This document shows, one piece after another, positions 51,335 through 64,000 of a stretch of DNA of 64,000 nt. Position 1 is the stretch's first letter, and each line of letters begins with the position of its first letter. The stretch covers positions 24,366,001-24,430,000 of the forward strand of contig JBITNC010000001.1 in NCBI GenBank assembly GCA_050084985.1, given 5' to 3'. Made by a program: the position numbers and the translations under genes. Origin of the DNA: Nageia nagi (Eukaryota > Plantae > Pinophyta). The notes below the pieces were generated by a model that made no database searches, was not told the DNA's origin, and worked only from the letters and a program-made list of their open reading frames with translations.

Positions 51335-51583
51335 CTGTATGCTAAAATCTCCGTCCATGGCAACGTTGGCAGAATCCTCTAACATGAAGCGTAAGTAATC
51401 CGTGGAGTCTAGCCCTCCCTCCATCATCATCTGCTTCTCTTTTTGGTCCAAATCCGCTGCTATGGTCGCCAGATCGAACTCGGAGAAGAAAGGCCCCTGT
51501 AACACCGTATTTACGCAGTGTACCGCACAGAGCTTCGATTCCTGAACTTCATGGTACAATAATCCACCATTTGTAACCTCCAT
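51335..51583 (-). CDS. ATXN3: Ataxin-3 homolog, coding exon 1 (83 codons)
   Basis: MEVTNGGLLYHEVQESKLCAVHCVNTVLQGPFFSEFDL...GDFSIQ is the Josephin N-terminus with the oxyanion Gln and catalytic Cys19. Locally CpG-richer. GT donor at 51334. Confidence 0.95.
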
Positions 51584-51850
51584 GGCCGGAATTGCAATAG
51601 AAAACCCTAGATTGGCTTCCTATGGTTGCGGATTGGTCCTCCTTTATGACGTCGGTGCAGAAACGGAATGCATGAAAGTAATGAAGTAATACAAGGCGGA
51701 CTAATAAATAAATAAAGGCATTCATTTTACACGCAGCATGGCCAAATGGCTGAGAAAGCCAGCAATGGGAGCTTCGACGTGTCTAATTATTTAATTAATT
51801 ATAATCGAATGGCAATGAATCCTACACGTAAGTGTATTAACATTATCTCG
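51584..51850 (-). promoter_or_regulatory. Putative 5' UTR / proximal promoter of ataxin-3
   Basis: Lies upstream of the ATG and retains CpG. Telo-box-like AAACCCTAG (~51602), TGACGT (~51647) and ACGTGTC (~51777) motifs. Confidence 0.35.
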
Positions 51851-52800
51851 AAATTGATTGATTAATTGAATTCGTTAATTAATTTAATGATAAGTAAAGT
51901 AAATATATGTGAAGGTTAAGAATAAGAATGATGGTATTTACTGAATAATATTTTGATTATTGGATTTTGTTAACGTGGATGTATAATTTTATAGTAAAGG
52001 AAATAAAGATGAGAGAGCACTTTAAATTGGGTAAAGTATTTTGTGAGATTATTTTGATGATTGTAGTTTGAAATAAATGATCAAATTTTTAATTTTATGT
52101 ATGAATAAATTAAAATGAAAATTATAGAAATAAAAAGTATAAATAAAATTTGATATGAATTGATGGGTAGGCGAGTTGTAGATAGGTTGTTGAAATTTTC
52201 TAGAAATGAGAGATTTAAGTTTAAGTCTTCCCATTGTTTATTCAAACATACTAAAAATTCTATCGAGTTGATGGTAGGTGCGGACAAGGCTAGGATTATA
52301 CCTCAGGTGGATTTTGAAGGCGTGGATGCCCCTCGATCACAAAATCTAATTCCATGAATTTTTTCTCCCTACAAAAGGGGTGGCTTTCTCATTCAAAAAA
52401 AAAAAAAAATTGATATATGATGGAGAATTATAAAATTAAAAGTAACAAGGTAATAACTTAATAACTTAAAAATTGTTGTAATGATCATACAAAGCTTTTG
52501 TGATCATACAAAATATATGGTGGTTTCAAGAACACAATGATGGTTTCAAGAATATTGCACTGATCTCTACAAATTTATCAACAGTTGATTGCAACTTTTG
52601 AAATTTATGGATAAAAATATCAATGAATAGTTTGTATTTGATAAGTGCTCAACTAGTGGTTGGTTGAGCATGCATGTTAGAGATATTAACAAGTTAACAA
52701 AAATAATAATTATTTGATTGTATAAGGTTTTATTATTCTTCCATTTATGTTTACTTTTAAATAACATGCTTATGTTGATAAATTTTCAAGATGATAATTA

Positions 52801-55800
52801 TGTTAGAATTTATTATCTTAAGTTGTTACAAAGTAGCTAGGATATTTAGATATTTAGTTTCTAGGTATTTTGTTGTAGACTTACTTAAGAAGAAATGAAA
52901 CACTCCATTCTTCAGTCTTCCAACTATTCATTTAAGGCTTTAGTAGCATCAAATTCAAAGGGGAAAGGAAAGCTCAAGCCTAAGTTTAAACCCACTTCAT
53001 CTCTTTAACAATCAAATCCTAAGGCATAGGAATCTAAACCTAAAGATTCTTCCAATAAAAAAGATAGGTCTCATGTCACTTGTGACCATTATGGGAAGAG
53101 TGGTCATGCAACTACAAAATGTTGGAAGAAATTACAAGACTTGGAGGATGCTATGAAAAATATAAAATCAATATTTCACATGAGCATGGCAAGGCTTTAA
53201 ATATTTCAGAGAAATCTATTAGATCTTCTTTGCCTACTTGAATTTTGGATTCAAGTGCCACACATCATATGACTTCTTCCAAGGAGTCCTTGCCTCTCTT
53301 TGTTTGAGTTCCAACTCCAACATTGAAGTAAATGATTTAACTTTCATCCTTGTCAAAGGAAAAAGTGATATTTTGATTAATTATGGTTGCATTAGTGATG
53401 TTTTATTTTTATCCAACATTTCCACCAATCTACTTTTTATTTATCAAATCTGCAATTTTAGGAAAGAGAATTCAATTTTGTTCACATCTCAAGGAGCTAA
53501 AATTATGAGGATTGAAATATAACATAAACAACTCTATACTACCAAGATCACATGAAAGCTCTCAAATCACATCTAATTATCACACAAAGCAATCTCACAA
53601 AGATAACACAAGATATAAGTGGTTCCTCCAACTAGGAGTATATCCACTAACTAGATCTTTACTTCAATCACAAATACAACTCTCTTACAATCCTCCTAAT
53701 CTCAACTCCTAAACACTATCCTTTAGCACAACTTTACTCTGCAAATTGGTGTATAATCACAAAGAGAGAGCCTTCTATTTATAGGTCAAAATCCCTCTTT
53801 GGATCACACTTTTATCCAATGTACAATAGCATGGCATGCACATCCTTTTACCCAAGGGGCATGCTCATGACATGGAGTGTAGGACAAGTTATATTATCAT
53901 ATTCACTTAAATACTTAAGGTATCAAATGATACCCTTAAGTATTAATGAACTTACATAGAAGATAATTACAAAACCTTTACAATAATGTATTATACATTC
54001 CAACAAAAATTAAGAGTTTGTTGGATCCAAATTCCATTCTCACCCAAGGTATTGTTGATCATAGTGTCAACCTTTATCACTTTGAGAGATTTGATGATAC
54101 TTCTTCAGGCACATGTTTGTGTTTCTTATGCAAACTTTGTGAGCAAAATATGGCATGAGAAGTTTGAGTATCTTAACTACATATCTTTAAGGGATTTTAA
54201 TAATCATAACATAGTTGTTGGGTTACCCAAAGTCTCTTGCCTTGATGGCATTTATCTTGGTTGTGCACTTGAAAAATATCATAAAGATCTATTTTCAAAA
54301 ATAAAATCATATAGAGTATCCTCATTGTTGGAACTTTTTCACAATGATTTGATGACCTTCCCCCAACCTTATTTTGTTGGAGCTAAGAATGCACTTACTT
54401 TCATAGATGATTTTTCAAGACATACTTTGGTGTATTTTCTCAAGTACAAAAGTGATATATTTTCTCACTTTAAATTTTTAATTCCTTGGTTGAAAATCAA
54501 TCTTCATGTTGCATTAAGAAGCTTCATATAGATAATGAGTTGTAGTACTTCAACAATGAGTAATTTTCATAATTACTTTCTACCCATGATATTATTAATC
54601 AACATTGTAACCCTCACACACCATAGCAAAATGGTGTGTTAGAGAGGAAGAATCGCACTTTGAAGGAGATGGTCAATTGTATGATGTATTCTAGGGATTT
54701 ACCACCTATTTTTTGGGTTGAGGTAATTAATTGTGTGAATTATATTCAAAATTGCATACCCATAAAGCTCTTAATCATATGACCCCATAGGAGGCTTGGT
54801 GTGGAACCAAGCTCCATGTCTCATCTTTTTCAAAATTTTGGGAGTCATGCTTAGGCATATATTTCAAAAAGGAAAAGAAAGGCTTTATATATAAAGAAAA
54901 AATTGCTCATTTTTATTAGTTATTATGAGGATATGAAGGCTTACATACTTATTGATCATGATACTCACCTTTTTCATACATATATTTAGTCTGATGAGAG
55001 GCTTCTTCCTCTTGGATCTTCTACATATGATTATGCTTTTTCTTCTTCTACACTTGATTATTCTTATGATTCTTCTATTATTGATCTAATTAAGGAATAT
55101 TTTGTAGCAAAATATGTTGTTAAGGCTCATGCACCAACTAGCACCATGCTTAGATAGGCTTGCATCACAATACAAGATGCAACACCTTTTATGCAAGATC
55201 TTCCACCTTCCAAACATTCCCATCCTACTAGTTCTAGTCTATTTTACCAACCTTTTTTAGGTGATCCACAGGCCCATGGGATATAGGATTGGGATGATGT
55301 TATGGAAGAAGAGTATTCTTCTTTGATGAATAATCATACGTAGGATATTATTTCTCTTCCTAAGGGAAGAAAGTTGGTTTATTGTAAACATATATATAGA
55401 ACCAAGTATGAAACATATGGTTCTATTAACAAGTACAAAGCATGCTTGGTGGCTTAGGGATTTTACCATGTTGAAGGTATTTATTACATTGAGATATTTG
55501 ACACCATAACCAAGATGGATTCAATTAGGATTGTACTTGCAATTGTTGCATCACAAAGTTTATCTTTCATATGGATGTGAAGAGTGCCTTCTTGCATGGA
55601 GACTTGTAGGAAGAGATCTACATGTAAGAGCAACCCCTTGCTTTTGTTAATGATTCTTCTCTTGTTTCTATACTTCAAAGGTCACTATATGCTCTCAAAT
55701 AAGCTCCTCAAGCTTGGTATGAAAAGATGGAGTCCTTCCTTCTCTCTATTATATTTTCCAACAGTGATTTTGATACTACTATTTACATTTGATGAGATGG

Positions 55801-56166
55801 AAAGGATATCTTCATTTTGTTCTCTATGTTGATGATCTCCTTCTCATTGGTAGATCTCCCTCTAAAATTCATGATGTTTAACATGATCTTTTTGAGATAT
55901 TTCAAATGGTCGATTTAGGGTTGGACCACTACTTAGGTTTTAGATTATTTAAATATAATTTTAGATCTTATTTCAACATAAGGATACACTAGATCTTCTT
56001 CATCAGTTTAATATGGTTGATTACATATCATATCCTACACCATTTTAGTATGCGATTACTTTGACATATTCTTGCAATTTACCTCTTTTTGATGTTACTT
56101 TGTACAAACAAATCATATGAAGTTTATTGTACCTGACCCATTCTCATACTAATATTTCATATGTTG
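52801..56166 (+). mobile_element. Decayed Ty1/copia element (gag knuckle, PR, GAG-pre-integrase, IN, RT)
   Basis: [77 protein letters not shown], all with many stops and frameshifts. Confidence 0.88.
53504..54005. mobile_element. Solo LTR (~500 bp) nested in the copia element
   Basis: T(A)TGAGG...TCCAACA termini with TSD AAAAT on both sides. Confidence 0.7.
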
Positions 56167-59100
56167 TATTGGGAAGGAAATATTTCCTCTTACTCAGCGA
56201 TCACCTTGAGATGATCCAGATTGGGAAAGCAACCCAATTTTTAGGTGAGAATGCATTACTAAAATCTTATTGTAAGTATCGATACCCCAAGGTTTCTTAC
56301 GAAGCTTATATCATTAATACAAGCTTGAATTATGGAGGTCTTGTTTGGGAATCAACTAAGTGGTGTAGTAGAGGTAGTAATTTTTGACACATAGTTTTTA
56401 TAGGGATTGAGATGTTTGTTGTGCAATAGTTCAAAAGTTACTAAGTTTTAAAGAAAATGAAAAAGTAAAAAAAAAAAATGAGAATGAGGCAAAATATTGG
56501 TTAGATTTCAAAGAGATAGTCACAATGTAGCATTGTCTAAATTTCCTTTCTTTTGGATCAATTAAGAAATCTTGTTCAATTCAATCAAGTCTTTGAAATG
56601 AATGACTGTTGTCCAATCATTTCAAAAATGAGCAAAGAGCATAGTTGACTTTCAATACTCTGCAAGCAGGGCCAATGCAATCAAATGGACTAAGTATGAG
56701 TGAGGGTGAATGGTTTTGAACAAGAGGTATAGGAAGATGTATTGAGAGAAAAGCCAATTCATAACACAAAAATTTAAAATGCAAGCAATGGATTAGAAAC
56801 AATTCAAGATGATCCAAACATTTTTGAAAAGTTTCCAACAAACTCTCTTAAAACTTGAAAGTTTTCAAAGAGAATGCACGAAAATATTTGAATTATAGAA
56901 ATTATTCTTATAGGATCAATCCACCACTCCAATAGATGAAAACACACTTTGAATCAATTTTTAACCACTTGTATTATGTTCATAAAAGATTTATGCACAT
57001 GCACATAAGTTTTCTCCTCAATTACAGTTTTCATGAAAATTGGTCTTTGCTTAGACTTGAACATTTAACCCCAAAATGAGACCCCCTATGTCGTATTTAT
57101 AAACTTTTTGGAGCTCACTTTTAAGTGTTGCCCTAATTTTAACCTAATGAAATTGAAATACAAATGAAATTATGAAATTACATTTGAAGTGGTAGGAGAT
57201 ATCATTCATCCTTTCAACCACTTCTAGTGTATATATATGAAAATTGATCCTTTTACAAAGGATCTTATGGATATTGAGCCAATTTTGGATCTCCTTCACC
57301 ATCTTTGAGTACCCTTTTCATTTAAATATGGAATCCACCATTTATTTGAGTGATCTTGGCAAGCTTTTAAGCATTTGGTGAAGATTTTCTAAAATTTTGG
57401 ATTTTTTTTTTGTGTAAAGGTGGAAAATGATGGGGGCAGGGCAAAATTTATAAAAAAAAATTAAAAAGTGCCTGGATGGATCTTATATGGCCATGGATGG
57501 ATGGGAGATGGATCTTATAGCTTTTTAATATCGATTTGGAGGTTTTTGGATCTTGGGCTCAAAATTTGGAATTTTTATCATTTTAGAAAAAAATTGGCTT
57601 AAGTGACCAAATATGATGCTCAAATATGGATAAAAGCTCATGTTTGGTGCTTAAGTGCTCAAATTTGGTGCTCAAGTGCTTAACTTTTTTGTATTTTGCA
57701 TGCTTTGTAGTGTCACTTGATCATCCCAAAGGTGCATTTTACATGCTCCATTGAGTTTGATATCACCAAACCCCTCCATTCCTGCACTTAGCCTTCTTAT
57801 ATGCAAAAATTTATCATTTTTCAAAATCCTTTAGCCATTTGATATAGAATTTGGAGTGCAATCCTCTTATGCATTTGAGTAAAATTTTCAATTTTTGTCA
57901 AAAATGACATATGCACATGTGCTAGGTGCCAATTTCATGGTGTTTGATGTGTCAAAGGTCTCCATTCTTGTGCCTAGGATTTTTAGGCTCTATACTTGAT
58001 TATATTTAAAATTTTAAAGTTTAAATGTGCTCAAAATAACCCTTTCTATGCACCCATATGCTCAAAATTTAATGTTTATCAAAATTCGACTTCATGTTTG
58101 AGGGGTATGTACTAAAACTCAACCATTTGAAGGTGTTAAATATATGAAAATCAATGCCTAAGTTTTTGGGCCTCCAAATATGGTCAAATAAAAAAAATTC
58201 AAGTTAAAATGTGCTTAAAACAACCTCTTCCATGTATTCATGCAATCAAAAATCTATTTTCACTTTTGTCATCTTGAACTAGGCACCAATTTGGGGTGCT
58301 TTGGTGTGCCAAAGCCATGAAAATATGTGCCTAGGAATAGGAGAGCTTAAACTTGCTTAAAATTGAAAATTCTAAAGTTTAAACCTCCTTGAAATTAAAT
58401 GACCTTTCCCATGCATCCATGTGTTCAAAACTTGTTTTCCTTAAAAATTCAACTTGGCATCTTGAGGTAGGCACCAAAATGAGGTGCTTTGATGTGCCAA
58501 AGCCACAAGAATATGCACCTAGCTCTTGGAATGCTCAAACTTGGTCAATTATTAAAATCCTTTATCCAATGGGTGTGAAATTTGAAGTGTAATGCCCCCA
58601 TGCTCTCTAGAAAAGTTTTAATTTTTTGACAAATAGCCTTATACCTCCCCTAGGCACTAAAATTGAAGCTTTGAGATCACCAAAGGGATGAAAATGATGC
58701 CTAGATTGAAAAGGTACAAAATTTGATCATTTTTAGAAATTCAAAGCCCAATCTAGCTTATTTTTTGGTGCTCTCCAATACCCATGTGTTTGTTTTTTCA
58801 CTTGATCATATTGAAATTTCATAATTTTGGAGAATGAGCATGCTAGGCATCTATATTTTGACTTTGATGGCACCAAAGGGTTGCATTATTGTGACTACAT
58901 TTTGAGGATGATTTCTTAGTCTAATTGGGTGGAGGTAAGAGGAATTTTAATGTTTTTTTGTACCCTCCATCGATCTAGGCACCAATTTCTGCATCAAAGC
59001 ACCCTAAAACTGTACTTAGGTGTAAATGGCCTCTTTTGATGATTTTTCAAGAATTCCAAGCCTAAATTTATGCAATTTTATGCTCCACATCATACCCATA

Positions 59101-59690
59101 TGCTATATTTTTAAAAAAATACAAATTGTTGTGGAAAACATGCATTTTCCCAATCTAGGCACCAATTTCCTTGCTTTAATGGCCTCAAAGCACCCTAAAC
59201 CTGCACCTAGATGCAAATGGCCTCTTTTTGATAATTTTTCAAATTTACAAAGTTGAAATTTCATGATTTTTTAATTTGCATAGTTGAAATTTTTGAATTT
59301 GCAAAGTTGAAATTTCATGATTTTGAAGGCCTATGAGTTTAGGTAGCAAAAATATTGATTTGATGATGTCAAACCCTTTAAAACTTGTGCCTATGCACAC
59401 GAGACATAGATTTTAATTTTTTTAAAAAATTTCAGGCCCAAACTTGCTTGAAATTCAATCCTTCACAACTTGGCATCCTCAAAATTTGCTCGAAATTTGA
59501 TCTTGAAAATACCCATTTTGCCTTAGGTGCTAATTTATATCCTTTGATAGCATCAAAGCTTGGGAAATTATGCCTAGTTAGGAGAGGAAGCAAAATTGAT
59601 CGAATCTAAAAATTTTAAAGCCTAAACTTATCTAAAATGGGATCTTATACTAGCATGTGTCTTCTAATTCCAATTCTAGCAAACTTTGAA
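56167..59690 (-). mobile_element. Large LTR-like sequence with a TATA box and a degenerate repeat-rich U3
   Basis: Begins T(A)TTGGG where the copia RT breaks off. Minus-strand TATAAATA at 57101-57094. Degenerate repeats (TAGGCACCAA, GTGCCAAAGCC) at 57900-59620. Far end unresolved. Confidence 0.5.
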
Positions 59691-59699
59691 AAATGATCC

Positions 59700-61750
59700 C
59701 ATCTCCATCAATCTCATTTGAGATCCAAAAATCTTTTATATTGGTGAACTTTCTAGATTCTATCTCCTTAGTTACAAAACTAGTGACTGGATGATTTGAT
59801 ACTCTTCAAGGTATTTGTTGAATGATCTCCATAAATCTCTCCCTGGTATCATGTTTATACTCTTCATAATCAACTATCCATCGTCAAAATCCAATCTTAA
59901 GGTAATGCATCTCATTTTCATATTGAAAATAGAATCCTTAAAATATTGTATTTTGGGGTATGTTGTGCAGGCACAATAATAGAAAATAAAAATAAAAATA
60001 AAATTAGTATATAAAAATTTACACTATGATATGCATCTTTCATTGATATATGAGCCAATATCAACATTCATTAACGATTGTACCATCAATTTGCATTATA
60101 GGGAGTGAACTCTCTATTCTAATAACCATCGGGATACCTACATTGTAGTATAGGTTTTAAGGACATAATTATGATTTCAATTCACTTAAATGGATCAAAT
60201 GGTTTCATCACACCATTCCAAATATCTTCATATATCTCTTCACTTATCACATGTTGATAATAGCTTGAGGCTAAAGTCCTCTTTTTGAGCTTCATTAATA
60301 GCATGAGGTTTGTTGATTGTACTGTAGGTTAAATATTTTTATTTATCATCTAATACTCCAAAAAATATCTTGTTCTCAGGTTTGCACTTATTGGCAAGGT
60401 ACAATCTCTAGTTCCTATTTCATCAAATAATCATTAATATCACCTAAAGTGTTTGTTTCAACTATAGTCTCTACATTGGAACAAGTAGTTCTTGAGCTCA
60501 GTATGCTCTGATGAGTGTAGCTTATAATCAAATTTTCATATATTAGTAGCAAACCAATGTTAGTTGATGAGCTTAAATTGTTTGAGTATCCTGATGATTT
60601 CATTAAGATCCCTAAGTTAATTATATCCATGATTGAAAAACTGAAGCAAGAAAAGTTAATCTATTCACATTATGTATAATACTGCAATTTTGTTCAAGGT
60701 GTAAAGAAAGGTTTAGAATATCCACCATTACTTTGTAATGGTGAATCTTTACCCATGAAGCATTTGGATGCTTAATCATCGATCTTAAGTATCTATTATT
60801 TTATATTTGTAGTTCTTTGGGAATGCCATGCTTTAGATTTGGCTTTTGTAGGCCTGGTCATAAAGACTTTCTTCTTTGTTAGCTTCATATCAAGATGATG
60901 GACTTCATTTGACTCATATATGCGCATTCCCACTTCAAGGAATTGGACCTCATGCAAATTTTTATTTTGTAATCATTTGCTTGAGTATTAGTTTTCTCTC
61001 AACTCTTATTTGGTTTGCAATGCCTCTCCATGGGAGCCACATATATCCATTCATATCTCTTGACCAATTTCTACTGAGCAATATCCCATAGGTGTATGGT
61101 ATCTGCATTACTTAAATATATATTATTTGTTGTATAGATGGTTCTAATGCTATCTATACATGTACATCTCTCAACATTCCTAATACCTTTATCTCATATT
61201 GATCTAATTGAGTGACCTTTCTAGGGTTATCTAAAATTGGTATTTTTAATTTTTTCCACACTCCAATGGACATAATGTTTCCCTATGCTCCAAAATATAC
61301 CAGATAGTTATGTAAGTTCTTACCTACTATTCTAAAGGTTAGTAGAAATAGAGGGACATTAATCTCTTCTCCCTAATTCTGAATTGATATTGTCTATATA
61401 TCTGATATTTTTAGTATCCATTTTTGCTTCCTTTATTTTATTTCATTAAGCAATAGTTTTTGTTTGGCATCATAATCTAAGGAATTATACATCATTATAT
61501 TTGATCTTTGTTTCTTCATATCTTCGATGATATTGTATGATAGTGGTATTGATTATGTTCTTTCCTTAACTACCTTTTTGTATTTGAACAATTTCTCTCC
61601 TTCTTGACTTTGTGCTTGATGAGAAGTTTGATCAGGTGGTTGTACATGTTGAATAGGCACTTTCTCTTGTGTTTGTTTGGAGGAGAACTGTTTTGTTTGT
61701 TATGGTATTAATGGCAATATAATGCATTTTTTTTATCTATACTAACCTCT
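59700..61750 (-). mobile_element. Heavily decayed gypsy (Tat/Ogre-like) gag-pol remnant
   Basis: Minus-strand remnant SYNIIEDMKKQRSNI (~61500-61540). Only short degenerate pieces remain. Confidence 0.4.
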
Positions 61751-63040
61751 TATGTTAGTAGCCTTTTTTTTCTTATTTAAGAGGATAGTATACAAAAATT
61801 GCATTTTGTCTAAAAATTATATATATATATCTTTTTATAAAGACATGTTTTAAGATAGTATAAAGAGATTTTATTCTTTATAGTGTAAGTTTTATTTTCT
61901 TATACTAATCACATTTTTTTTACAAGTAATATTAGTTACAAATTGCTACAATTTTTTTTTTTTTTTTAAAAGGGGTTTGTATATAAGATTTGTGTAAGTA
62001 TTATTACAATTTTTTTCTATTCAATATAAAAAGAAAAGGTAAATTTTTACAATTTATTATATTTGTAATAAATAATACTTTTTTTTAAAGGATTGGTTTT
62101 TCATTTGCTTGACCGTCACCCTTCCATCCTTATTTCATGTGGCCCTTTCTTATATACATGCAACAGACTGAACTTTGGTGTTTCGTGTAGCCCTCTTCCA
62201 GGACCTCATGACCCCTTTTGTTGCTGGCGATGGTGCTGGCACTGGTGATGGAAGCTTTGATCATAGCTCAAACATCTCCTCCTCCTTATGGCCTCTCCCT
62301 ACTCCTCACTATCTCCTCTACACTCCTCGTAGTCTACTCCTCACAATCTACTCCTCGTTGTTTGCTCCTCATAGTTTGCTCTTCGTTGACTCCTCCACAC
62401 TAGCAGTGACTACCCTTCTATCTACCATTTCTTTATATTTCAAAGTAGTATGATTGACTAGTCAACCACTTCACTGATATAAAAAAAAAATAAGGCCCAC
62501 TTAGACCATCATGCTCCCCTCATGGCCTGTTTCTCCACCAACTATCATCTTAAATTTTATTTGAAGGGCCCTTGTAGCCTCACATCCTTTTACACTCCAA
62601 GGGCATTTCAATGGTGTGACTACCATTTTAGATGCCTTCTAAAAGGCTCATGTGCTCCTATGGCCTCACATTTTTTCTTTGCTTTTCATTCTCTAATTTT
62701 TTTATTATTATTCTCTCAAATCTTGACCTCCCCAAACTTAATAGTTGTTGGGCATTTAATTCTTTTTCCTTTGCTTGCAAGCTTTCTAGAAGCAATTGTA
62801 TACTTCTTTGGTAGGCATTTATTTCTTTACTTGCAAGTCATCTCTTTTATGCACTTATACTTTAAATTTAATGTATTATCATGATTCCATTACTTTAGAG
62901 TAAATATATGCATCATTACTCTTACAAGCTATCCCACTTTTTTGGAAAAATGTAGCACATGAAGTAATCTTAATTAGGAGTATAATTTTATTATTTGCCT
63001 TAATAAATACTTCTAAGTATGGTAATTTACTTAGACAAAA

Positions 63041-63100
63041 TTATAAACTTAACACTTTAAGGTAATTTATTATAAACTTAACACTTTAAGGTAATTTATT
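63041..63100 (+). repeat. Perfect 29-bp tandem duplication (TTATAAACTTAACACTTTAAGGTAATTTA x2)
   Basis: Directly visible. Confidence 0.9.
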
Positions 63101-63339
63101 ACCTAAGTATCTTTTGTTGTTATGTTGCCTAATGGGAGGAATGCCATTTTATATTAGCAATTTTTTAAGAAAAATGAGGAATTGTTAGTATGCAATTTTT
63201 TTCTCTACTCAAAAATTGCTAAGGTAAACTAGTATGCTATGTTTAAGGGATAAATATTTAATTCAAATAAGGAGGGATTTTATATAAATTTTTACTTAAA
63301 TTTTATCTATGCATACTAAATCCTTTTACTTTAATCATT

Positions 63340-63730
63340 CATACTTCTTATGTTAAGATTAATGATGCATTCTTAGAACTTAAATTTTTTAAGTTGAAAT
63401 AATGCATGCTTATTACTTAAGTTATGATGCTTTTTTATGCAAGTTATGGGAATGATGCATGGTATATATTTGATGGAATATCTTCAAGTTATGAAAATAA
63501 TGCATGTTTATGCTTGAGTATTTAGTTTATGCTTAAGTATTATTCTCCTATAGAAAGTTAATAAATAAACTTGTGCAAATTATAGGAATGATGCATATCT
63601 TTTTTAAGTTATGAATGGTGCATATTTATTACTTAAGTTATGGAATGATGCATGCTTATAACTTGAATCATTGTTGCCTCATTTTTTTTGTAAAGTATAG
63701 AATGGACTTGTGAAAAAATAGGAATGATGT
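63340..63730 (+). repeat. Degenerate AT-rich tandem repeat (AATGATGCAT / TAAGTTATG units)
   Basis: About 8 recurring ATGATGCAT/AATGCAT motifs, interleaved with AAGTTATG. Confidence 0.6.
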
Positions 63731-64000
63731 AAAGATGTCCTCTAGGGGTTCGTAAACAAAACCCATTAGATATTTAGGTTCAAATTTTGAATGGATGATC
63801 TTTTTTTCTTATGCTCTTTTACTTCATATTTCGCACTTTGATTTATTTGCTTATGAAATAAAAAATGCAAACATTGATATGAGCAACCCCCTAAAATGAA
63901 CACATTCACATGTACATTTCATAATATGACTTATTTGGGGAGCCATGAGGTGAGGACATGCGGACTACAACCTTTAAGTCCAATGATTCAAATGGTGAAA

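Noticed and set aside
62175-62884. ORFs of 60-120 aa near the window end
   Set aside because: Low-complexity or hydrophobic translations with no family motifs or splice support.
1-64000. tRNA, rRNA or other structured RNA genes
   Set aside because: None recognised. The TGGTATCAGAGC-like sites are retroelement primer-binding sites, not tRNA genes.

Overview
AT-rich, CpG-depleted plant nuclear DNA with gymnosperm/conifer-like architecture (inferred). The one clear host gene is an ataxin-3/Josephin deubiquitinase on the minus strand. It has two coding exons (51583-51335 and 20343-19402; 396 aa; Cys19/His124/Asn139 triad; three UIM-like motifs; no polyQ) separated by a single 30,991-bp GT-AG intron filled with nested retroelements. 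The rest of the window is decayed Ty3/gypsy, Ty1/copia, LINE and hAT-like sequence. Three observations stand out. (1) A 5.8-kb TSD-bounded solo LTR inside the intron (40807-46611) carries its own TATA box, an array of seven 46-bp palindromes and a decayed ~1000-codon non-gag/pol ORF, i.e. a gene inside an LTR. (2) A 7,707-bp inversion (7124-14830) can be resolved to the base and is supported by a split gag codon, a reunited TSD and three flipped LTR pairs. (3) A gypsy element (31137-35680) has a template-switch-like duplication plus a short inversion. All alignments were done by eye; no database searches were run.
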